Below, piece by piece: positions 50,696 through 64,000 of a DNA stretch of 64,000 bases (its first letter is position 1; the number at the start of each line of letters is the position of its first letter). The translations under genes were made by a program, and so were the position numbers. The notes under the pieces were generated by a model. It worked only from the letters and a program-made list of their open reading frames with translations, was not told the origin of the DNA and searched no databases. The stretch spans positions 186,001-250,000 of the forward strand of contig JAPDFW010000078.1 in NCBI GenBank assembly GCA_028826165.1. The letters are read 5' to 3'. The DNA is from Anaeramoeba ignava BMAN. Its lineage: Eukaryota > Protista > Anaeramoebae.

Positions 50696-53600
50696 CTATT
50701 TTTTGTCAGCAATAATTTTTGTTCCACTTTTTCCATCAAGAACATCCATAAGTTTTTCTAAAGAAGCAATATAAGCTGGATTACCAGTTTCACTAACAAA
50801 TTTAATGCAAGATTCAACTTTTGGACCCATACTAATTAAATTAAATCAAAAAATAAATTAAATCAAAAATAAATTAGAATCAAAATTAAAAATAAAATTT
50901 TGAATTTGTTTTCTTTTTACCTTCCTTTTGCAAAATGTCCTTCATCTAAATACTTTTGTGCTTGTGAAACTGTTATTTCGTGTAATGCCTCTTGATTTGG
51001 TTTGTTGAAGTTAATGTAGCAAAATTCAATATCAGTTAAAATAATGAACTAATCAAAAAAAAAATTATTCCAATTAAATTTTCATCAAAATCAAAATCAA
51101 AATCAAAATCAAATCAAAAAAAAAATAATACAATATCTGCGTTGATTAAATGAGCAAGTAAACAACCAGCACGATCTTTATCAATAACTCCATCAAATCC
51201 ACGGATTGTTCCATCTAAATAATTTAATTGGATTTTAAATCAAAAAAAATGTTGTTCTTTTTTTTTTGGAAAAAATTAAATTTATTAAAACAAACCTTCA
51301 TTTTCGATACAAGGAATACCTCCTCCGCCGCAAGAAATAACAATATTAGTTTTTGTGTTAATTAAATCGCGAATTGGTCCAATTTCTACAACTTTTTTTG
51401 GGATTGGAGAAGGAACTGTAAAACGCCAACCTCTTCCAGAATCCTAAAACATATTTATAAATCAAATTCAAATTCAAATTTTAATTTTAAATTTAATTCA
51501 AATTTAATTTTAATTTTAAATTTAATTTTAAATAAATTTTAAATCAATTTTAAATCAATTTTAAATCAATTTTAAATCAATTTTAAATTTAATTTTAAAT
51601 AAATTTTATATCAATTTTAAATTAATTTTATATCAATTTTATATCAATTTTATATCAATTTTATATCAATTTTATATCAATTTTATATCAATTTTATATC
51701 AATTTTATATCAATTTTATATCAATTTTATATCAATTTTATATTAATTTTAAATCAATTTTAAATCAATTTTAAATCAATTTTAAATCAATTTTAAATCA
51801 ATTTTAAATCAATTTTAAATCAATTTTAAATCAATTTTAAATCAATTTTAAATCAATTTTAAATCAATTTTAAATTTAATTTTAAATAAATTTTAAATCA
51901 ATTTTAAATCAATTTTATATCAATTTTAAATCAATTTTATATTAATTTTAAATTAATTTTAAATCAATTTTATATCAAATTTAAATCAATTTCAAATCAA
52001 TTTTATATCAATTTTAAATTAATTTTAAATCAATTTTAAATCAATTTTAAATAAATTGTAAATCAATTTTATATCAATTTTATATCAATTTTATATCAAT
52101 TTTATATCAATTTTAAATCAAATTTAAATCAATTTTATATCAATTTTAAATCAATTTTAAATCAATTTTATATCAATTTTAAATTCAAATTCAAATTCAA
52201 ATTTTAATTTTAAATTTTAAAAAAAATGGATACTTCTTTCATAAAATAACCTTCTTTTTCAAGTTCTTTTGCCTGTTCTTCTTTGTAAAATTGGCCAACA
52301 GGTTTAGTTGGATTCTTGAAAGCAGAATCATCTTTATCAACAACAACTCGAGTTACAACAGTTACAACATTTTTATCTGTAACTTTTTGAAGAAGAAGTT
52401 GATTGCTTAATTCCTCTTGTAAAATATCTCCAATTAAACCTTGAGATTCTGCTCCACAAATATCTAATGGATCAGGTGGAAGATCCTTTAAATTTAATTA
52501 GAAAATTTATTCAAAAATTAGATTTATAAATATTTAAATTATAATTCTAATTATAATTCTATTTATATTTTTATTTATATTTATATTTTTTAATTTTATT
52601 TCTATTTATATTTATATTTATATTTATATTTATATTTATATTTATATTTATATTTATATTTATATTTATATTTATATTTATATTTATATTTATATTTATA
52701 TTTATATTTATATTTATATTTATATTTATATTTATATTTATATTTTATATTTAGATTTTATATCAATTTTAGATTTAGATTTTTATCAATTTTTATATTT
52801 TTATATTTATATTTATTTTTTATCAATTTTATATTTATTTTATATCAATTTTTATCAATTTTTATCAATTTTTTATATTTATATTTTTATTATTTTTATT
52901 TTATATTTTTTATTCAAATTTTATTTTTATAAAAATGGATTTCTTTTCATTTTATATTTTTATTTTGTAAAATTTTATATTTATCATCTTTATACTTTTT
53001 AGTTTTATTTTTTTATACTTTTTTATATATTTATATTTATATTTCTATTTCCTTTAATTTATTCAAATTTTATTTTATTTTATTTACTATTTGTATTTCT
53101 ATTTCTATTTATTTCTGTTATTTCTATTTTATGTTTATATTTTTTTATTTTTATATTTATATTTATATTTTATTTTCTATTTCTATTTTTTATTTTTTTT
53201 TTATTTTTTTTCTATTTCTATTTCTATTTCTATTTCTATTTCTATTTATATTTATATTTCTATTTATATTTTTATTTTTTTATTTATTTATTTTTTATTT
53301 TTATTATTTTTATTTCTGTTTTTATTTTCTGTTTTCTGTTTTCTATTTCTATTTCTATATTTCTATTTCTATTTCTGTTTCTATTTCTGTTTCTGTTTAT
53401 ATTTCTATTTATATTTTATTTCTATTTCTATTTCTATTTCTATTTCTGTTTTTTCTATTTTCTATTTATGTTTCTGTTTTCTAATTCTATTTTCTATTTC
53501 TATTTTTTTAATTCTAATTTTATTTTATTTATTTTTATTTATATTTCTTTTCTATTTCTTTTATATTTCTGTTTTCTGTTTCTGTTTTATTTTTGTTTTC

Positions 53601-54636
53601 TATTTATATTTATTTTTTCTATTTTATTTATTTCTATTTATATTTATATTTTCTATTTCTATTTCTAATTCTATTTATATTTCTATTTCTATTTCTATTT
53701 CTATTTATATTTTATATTTGTTTCTGTATTTATATTTTTATATTTAGATTTATATTTATATTTATATTTTATATTTATATTTCTATTTTATATTTCTATT
53801 TTTATTTTTATTTATATTTATGTTTTTTTTTCTTTTTTATTTTCTATTTCTTTTTATTAATTTTAATTTAATTTCTTTTTCTTTCTTTTCTATTTTTGTT
53901 TATTTCTATTTCTATTTCTATTTTCTGTTCTATTTCTATTTCTGTATTTCTATTTCTATTTCTATTTATATTTATATTTTATATTTCTATTTCTATTTTC
54001 TATTTCTATTTCTATTTCTATTTCTATTTTTCTATTTCTTCTATTTCTTTTTTTGTTCTGTTTTATTTCTCTATTTCTATTTTATTTATTTCTATTTATA
54101 ATTCTATTTATATTTCTATTTCTATTTCTATTTCTATTTATATTTCTATTTCTATTTCTATTTCTATTTCTATTTCTATTTCTATTTCTATTTATATTTC
54201 TATTTCTATTTCTATTTCTATTTCTATTTCTAATTCTAATTCTATTTCTATTTCTATTTATATTTATATTTATATTTCTATTTCTAATTCTAATTCTAAT
54301 TCTAATTCTATTTCTATTTTTAATTTAAATTGTAATTACATTTTTACAAAGCATATTTCTTCGAAAAATATTCCCAACTTGAGGACCATTTCCTTAACAA
54401 ATAAAATGAAAAATGAAAAATGAAAAATGAAAAATAAAATGAAATAAAAAATAAAAAATAAAATATAAACCATGAACAAGTTGAACATTATATCCTTTAG
54501 AAATAAGTTGCACAATTTGTTTACATGCAATTTTTGCATTTGATCGTTGATCTTCAATTGTTCCTTTTTGGTTTCTTTGTAAAAGTGCATTGCCTCCTAA
54601 AGCTAAAACAACTAATGGGATTTTTTGCTTTTCCAT
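50696..54636 (-). CDS. arcC: Carbamate kinase (arginine deiminase pathway), 7 exons
   Basis: [77 protein letters not shown]. Confidence 0.96.
51530..52185 (-). repeat. Intronic 11-mer AAAATTGAT(T/A)T satellite in carbamate kinase
   Basis: Plus strand reads (AAATCAATTTT)n. Confidence 0.95.
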
Positions 54637-54911
54637 TTCGAAAAAAAAAATGAAAAAAAACAGAAGAAAAAAAATTTTTTTTAAGATTTTTTTGATTAAA
54701 AAAAGGAGAAAAAAAAAAGGAGAAAAAAAAAATAAATTTAATTAAACAAAACTAATAAAAAAAATGTCTTTTTTGTCTTTTATTCAAAAACAATGGAAAA
54801 GGTGACAATGCTTTTAATTGATTTCTCAATTAAATTTTGTTTGAAATTTTCCATTTTTCTTTTTTCATTTTTTTTTCAATTTTTTCAATTTTTTGTTATT
54901 AATTTTACTTA

Positions 54912-55596
54912 ATGGACCCAGATAAACAAGATACAGGAGAAAGTCTTTCTTCAGATCATGAAACACAAACAAATCAAGAAACTCCTAAAAAGCCTGAAAG
55001 TGTTTATTCTTTAACAAGTCAATATACCCTTAATAGTTCACTTGCTTTAACTTCTCAACAAAATCAAAATCAAAATCAAAATCAAAATCAAAATCAAAGT
55101 CAAAATCAAAATCAAAATCCAAAACCAAATCAAAATCAAAGTCAAAAACCAAGTCAAAATACTGAACAAAATTTAACAAAACAACCCCCAAAAAAACAAG
55201 AACAACCCCAAAAGAAAAAAGATAAAAAATCCAAAAAGAAAAAAGATAAAAAAGATAAAAAATCCAAAAAATAAAGATAAAGAATCAAAAAAAGATAAAA
55301 AATCCAAAAAAGATAAAGATAAAAAAGATAAAAAATCTAAAAAGATAAAAAAGATAAAAAGATAAAAAGATAAAAAAAATAAAAAAGATAAAAAAGAAGT
55401 TAAAGAAAATCAAGAAAATCAAGAAAATAAAAAATCTTCTAAACCTTCAAAAAGTCAAACAAAACTTGATAAGTTGAAAAAAAAGAAACAATCACTCGTA
55501 GAAAAACAAAAGAAACTTGATGAAAAAATTCAAGCTTTTGATCAAAAAGAAAAAAAACAAGAAAAAGAACAAGAAAAAGAAACTGAGAAAAATTAA
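54912..55596 (+). CDS. Low-complexity protein (QN repeats, KKDKKS repeats, C-terminal coiled coil); frame broken in A-runs
   Basis: ATG after a TTTTCATTTT element; coding-like text continues past the 55274 stop (SKPSKSQTKLDKLKK...EKEQEKETEKN-stop). Confidence 0.55.
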
Positions 55597-55776
55597 AAAT
55601 TTCTAAAAACATTTTCATTTTCATTTTCATTTTCATTTTAAAAAAAAAAATTCAATAAAAAATGATTCCGATTTTGATTCGATTTTATTTCTGGAATTTG
55701 AATGAAAAAACGAAAATAACTTTTGGTTTCGAAAAGTGGATCAAAAAAGAAAAAAAAAGGAAAAAAAAATTTTTGC

Positions 55777-56465
55777 TTATTTAAGAGTAATTTTAGCTTC
55801 AAGATAATCAAGCATTGCCTTCATCCATTTGCTCAAACCTGGCCAAGCTGGAGAACTAATCAAGTTTTCATCAACAACAACTCCATCAATAGCAACTTCC
55901 TTATAATTATCACCCAAATCAGGACTGCAAGCAGGATAACAAGTGCATTTGCGTTTTCCAAGAACTTTGGCAGCAGTTAAAACTTGAGCTCCATGACAAA
56001 TTGCAGCAATTGCTTTTTTATCCTTGTCAAATTCTTGGACAATTTCAAGAACTCTTTTGTTCAATCTAATGTATTCCTAAAAAAAATAATCAAAAAAATT
56101 TGAAATAAAAATTATTAATAATTTGAAAGGATTTAAAAAATAAAAAATAATAAAATAATAAGAATTTTTTTTTGTTTTTTTTTTTGCCTTACTGGTGCTC
56201 TTCCTCCAGGAATAACAAGTCCAACATATTCAGAAACTTTTACTGCATCAAAATCTAAAGTTATTGCAAAGTTGTGCCCTCTCTTTTCTGAATAAGTTTG
56301 TGCTCCTTCAAAATCATGTATCGCTGTTGTTATTGTGTCTCCCTTTTTCTTATCTGGACAAACTACATCAACTTCATATCCAACTGTTGATAAAACTACA
56401 TATGGCCCAATGATCTCATAGTCTTCTACGTAATCTCCTGCAAGAATAAGTATTTTTTTGCTCAT
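55777..56465 (-). CDS. pfpI: DJ-1/PfpI family protein (glyoxalase III / deglycase-like), single domain, 2 exons
   Basis: [38 protein letters not shown] across the intron, AAICHG nucleophile elbow, CYPAC, PAWP. Confidence 0.94.
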
Positions 56466-57117
56466 TTTTTTATTATTTTGTTTTAAAAAAAAATGAAATA
56501 AAAAAAATTGAGAAAAAAAATTTTTTTTTAAATTTGTTTTTTTTGCAGGCAAAAATTGATCCAAGTGTAAATTGTTTAATTTAATTTAATTTAATCTAGT
56601 TTAATTTTCAATTTAATTTAATCTCAATTTTCCCTCTTTTTCCAAATTTTTATAATTTAAAAAGCAAAAAAAGATTTAATTTGAATTTAATTTAAAAAGC
56701 AATTAAAAAGCAATTAAAAAGCAATTAAAAAGTGGAATTTAATTTCGAATTTAATTTGAATTTAATTTGAAAAGCAAAGAATTAAAAAAGTGGAATTGAA
56801 TTTCGAATTTCGAATTTAATTTAATTAAAAGAAAAGATTTGAAAAGAAAAGATTTGAAAAGAAAAGATTTGAAAAGCAAAGAATTAAAAAGTGGAATTGA
56901 ATTTCGAATTTAATTTGAATTTAATTTAAAAAGCAAAGAATTAAAAAGTGGAATTGAATTTTAAATTGATTTTAAATTGATTTATTTTTTGGAATTAACT
57001 TTAAAAAGAAAAATTGATTTAAAAGAGAAAAATTAACTTTAAAAGAAAAAATTGATTTAAAAGAAAAAAATTGATTTAAAAGAAAAATTAACTTTAAAAG
57101 AAAAAGAAATAAGTCAC

Positions 57118-60172
<3,055 letters not shown>

Positions 60173-60179
60173 GCTTTGG

Positions 60180-60310
60180 CTAAGAAAAATTAATTTAATT
60201 TAAATTAATTTGATTTGATTTAATTGACAATTTTTTTATTAATAAAAAAAAATATTTTTTTAAATGATTTGTCAGATTTTTTAAAATAATTTTTATAAAA
60301 TAAAACTTAC
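60180..60310 (-). other. Probable 5'-UTR intron of the GDH gene
   Basis: GTAAGT donor at 60310 just after the TCATT cluster at 60320-60345; TTAG acceptor at 60180, 7 nt before the ATG; no ATG in the upstream mini-exon. Confidence 0.6.
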
Positions 60311-60526
60311 AATTAAATTGAAAAATGAAAAAATGAAAAAATGAAAAAAAAATAAAAAGAAAAAAAATTTTTTTTTTTAAACCAAAAACAAGAAAAAGAA
60401 AAGAAAGAAAAAAACCAATTAAAATTTCAAAAATAATTCATTTCAAATCAAAAATGAAATCAAAAATGAAATCAGAAATCAAAAATTAAAAATCAATCAA
60501 ATTAATTGATTAATCAATCAAATCAA

Positions 60527-63500
60527 TTATTTATCATTTTCGAGAATTTTGTCATTTTCATTATCTTTTGGATAATGAGGTTTTTCATAATCATTTTCCA
60601 AATCTTCAACATAATCAGGTTTTTCATCTTGAGATTGAAATTTTCTTCTTTTCAAGAAAGCATAAAAGAAGTAAAAAATAGATAAAGCACAAAAAATCCA
60701 ATTAAAGATATAAAATACGACTGAAAAGAAAGGCATTTTACCGACTATTCTTGAATAAATAATGCTTATTTGACTGTGTGGACATTCATCTTCTGGATCA
60801 TTAATTGTACATAAATTTCCTGATGAGTTTTTTTTGGATCCAAATGTTGAATATTGTGGAGCTAATGTCATCATTTCAAACATAATTACTAATGATATTC
60901 CCATTAAAAACATTCCTAATAATAGTAATCCTTGAGCGAATGTTTGATGTGGATAAATTGGAAACATCTAAAAAAATCAATTTTAAATCAATTTTATATC
61001 AATTTTAAATCAAATTTATATCAAATTTAAATCGATTTTAAATCAATTTTAAATCAATTTTATATCCATTTTATATCAATTTTAAATCAATTTTAAATCA
61101 ATTTTATATCAATTTTAAATCAATTTTATATCAATTTTAAATCAATTTTAAATAAATTTTATATCAATTTTAAATCAATTTTAAATCAAATTTATATCAA
61201 TTTTATATAAATTTTATATCAATTTTATATCAATTTTAAATAAATTTTAAATCAATTTTAAATCAAATTTAAATCAAATTTAAATCAAATTTAAATCAAA
61301 TTTAAACCAAATTTAAATCAATTTTAAATCAATTTTAAATCAATTTTATATTAATTTTATATCAATTTTATATCAATTTTAAATCAATTTTATATCAATT
61401 TTAAATCAATTTTATATCAATTTTAAATTAATTTTATATCAATTTTAAATCAATTTTAAATCAATTTTATATCAATTTTAAATCAATTTTAAATCAATTT
61501 TAAATCAATTTTAAATCAATTTTAAATCAATTTTATATCAATTTTATATCAATTTTAAATCAATTTTAAATCAATTTTATATCAATTTTATATCAATTTT
61601 ATATCAATTTTATATCAATTTTAAATCAATTTTAAATCAATTTTATATTAATTTTATATCAATTTTATATCAATTTTATATTAATTTTAAATCAATTTTA
61701 TATCAATTTTATATCAATTTTATATCAATTTTAAATCAATTTTATATCAATTTTAAATCAATTTTATATCAATTTTAAATCAATTTTATATAAATTTTAA
61801 ATCAATTTTATATCAATTTTATATTAATTTTAAATCAATTTTAAATCAATTTTAAATCAATTTTAAATCAATTTTAAATCAATTTTAAATCAATTTTAAA
61901 TCAATTTTAAATCAATTTTTTATATCAATTTTTAAAATTAATTTTAAATCAATTTTATATCAATTTTAAATCAATTTTAAATCAATTTTATATTAATTTT
62001 AAATCAATTTTAAATCAATTTTTAAATTAATTTTTATATCAATTTTTTATATCAATTTTATATCAATTTTATATTAATTTTAAATCAATTTTTAAATCAA
62101 TTTTATATCAATTTTATATCAATTTTAAATCAATTTTAAATCAATTTTAAATTAATTTTATATTAATTTTAAATCAATTTTAAATCAATTTTATATCAAT
62201 TTTATATCAATTTTAAATCAATTTTAAATCAATTTTAAATCAATTTTAAATTAATTTTAAATCAATTTTATATCAATTTTATATCAATTTTAAATCAATT
62301 TTAAATCAATTTTATATCAATTTTATATCAATTTTAAATAAATTTTAAATCAATTTTAAATCAATTTTATATCAATTTTATATCAATTTTAAATCAATTT
62401 TAAATAAATTTTAAATCAATTTTAAATCAATTTTATATTAATTTTAAATCAATTTTAAATCAATTTTATATCAATTTTAAATCAATTTTAAATCAATTTT
62501 TAAATCAATTTTAAATCAATTTTAAATCAATTTTTATATCAATTTTAAATTAAATTTTAAATCAATTTTAAATCAATTTTAAATCAATTTTAAATCAATT
62601 TTATATCAATTTTAAATCAATTTTAAATCAATTTTATATAAATTTTATATCAATTTTAAATCAATTTTAAATCATTTTTAAATTAATTTTATATCAATTT
62701 TAAATCAATTTTAAATCAATTTTAAATCAATTTTAAATCAATTTTAAATCAATTTTAAATCAATTTTAAATCAATTTTAAATCAATTTTATATCAATTTT
62801 ATATTAATTTTATATCAATTTTAAATCAATTTTATATCAATTTTAAATCAATTTTAAATCAATTTTAAATCAATTTTAAATCAAATTTATATCAATTTTA
62901 AATCAATTTTATATCAATTTTATATCAATTTTAAATCAATTTTAAATCAATTTTAAATCAAATTTAAACCAAATTTAAATCAATTTTATATCAATTTTAA
63001 ATCAATTTTATATTAATTTTATATAAAATTTTAAATAAATTGTAATTAAATTTTATATAAAATTTTAATTTAAATAAATTTACTTTCCAAATTAAAAATC
63101 TTGTTTGTAAACGTTTGATTGCATAAAAAGAACATATAAAAAAATAAGCACCAACTAAAATCAACACAATAAAATCTAAAGGGAAATGTTTACCCAAAAC
63201 AACCATCAATTTATCAAAAGGATTATTAGTAGGCTTTTCCAAAAGAAAACCACATTTTATCCCACATTTTGATTTCCAAATTTGTTCAATAATTGTGATC
63301 AAAAAGCAAATAATCAAAAATAAAGAAATAATTGCGAATAAAACACCAAAAACTCTTGAGAAAACTTTCAATTTATCACAACAAGTTATACAACAATTTT
63401 TTGATTTGGTTTCAATTTCCTTTGAATACAATTCAAGCCTTTCTTGCTCAGAAAGCAATTGCTGTTTTTGTTGTCTGTCTTTTTTCGAGACTTTCTTTCC

Positions 63501-64000
63501 CGAAATTGCATATTTTGTTTCCAAAGCTTGAATCCTTTCTGAAATTATTTTCTGTTGACCTGCAACATCCTCTTGTTGATATTTAATTTTCTTGTGGATA
63601 ATCATTGAAACCGGAAGAATAGAAATTCCATAACTAGTATATTTGATGAAATCAAAGTACGAAATAAAAAGAACACAAGCAATACTAAAAACAATTGCTG
63701 AATCTCCTTTATTTTCACTATCAAAAATTGATTTTGACCAACTTTCGTTTTTTTGTGGTGTTGATCCAATTTTGACAAACAATCCTATTAGAAATAAAAC
63801 CATAATCACTACAAACGTGATTGCTGTGTATAGTAAAGATGTAAGTATTCTTGATTTGTGCGATGTTTGTCCATCTCCTTTATCTTCAGAATAAAAATAT
63901 GCAAATGGTATTAATATAAACATGAATAATAATATTATCCCAAATAAAATATAATATCCATATTTCAACGAAGTGTGATCAAATGATTTGGATGTAAGTG
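60527..64000 (-). CDS. LMBRD1: LMBD1-like lysosomal cobalamin transport escort protein; 5' end outside the window
   Basis: IPFAYFYSE, YTSYGISILP, CGIKCGF, NPFD, FPLDF, QGLL, LAPQYSTFGS; intron 63083-60968 in phase 0. Confidence 0.88.
60975..63030 (-). repeat. 2.1-kb intronic 11-mer AAAATTGAT(T/A)T satellite in LMBRD1
   Basis: Plus strand reads (AAATCAATTTT/ATATCAATTTT)n. Confidence 0.96.

Noticed and set aside
50716-50731. TGTTCCACTTTT motif copy
   Set aside because: Lies in carbamate kinase coding sequence (GKSGTK), so protein constraint explains it
52225-52233. Donor GTATCCAT in carbamate kinase resembles a U12 5' splice site (GTATCCTT)
   Set aside because: One mismatch and no CCTTAAC-type branch point near the acceptor; treated as U2-type

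Overview
Gene-dense, very AT-rich nuclear DNA from a microbial eukaryote using the standard code and GT-AG spliceosomal introns. Carbamate kinase, a bacterial-type NADP-GDH and a TCA(T) initiator-like promoter element suggest an anaerobic protist, possibly a metamonad such as Anaeramoeba; this is inference only. I reconstructed 20 protein-coding genes by hand. Nine are endomembrane or trafficking genes: AP-3 sigma, beta'-COP, CASP golgin, MON2, p24-delta, Dispatched-like, P4-ATPase, AP-4 sigma and LMBD1. The others are importin-alpha, proteasome beta2, RRP45, RNase H2A, a BOULE-like RRM protein, a RIO kinase, carbamate kinase, PfpI/DJ-1, GDH and two unknowns; a further low-complexity ORF is less certain. 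Almost every long intron is filled with A/T micro- or minisatellite, which generates most of the spurious ORFs in the track, and two intergenic tandem arrays have ~143-bp periods. The strongest leads are a GDH with an N-terminal signal-anchor exon lying next to carbamate kinase and PfpI, a BOULE/DAZ-like protein outside animals, a RIOK1 with RIOK3-like ubiquitin-binding motifs, a strand-specific TTTTCATTTT element before nearly every gene, and helically phased, transcription-oriented 11-mer intron satellites. Several single-base frameshifts are probably assembly errors. No RNA genes, transposases, inteins or CRISPR arrays were recognised. Homology calls come from remembered motifs, not database searches.
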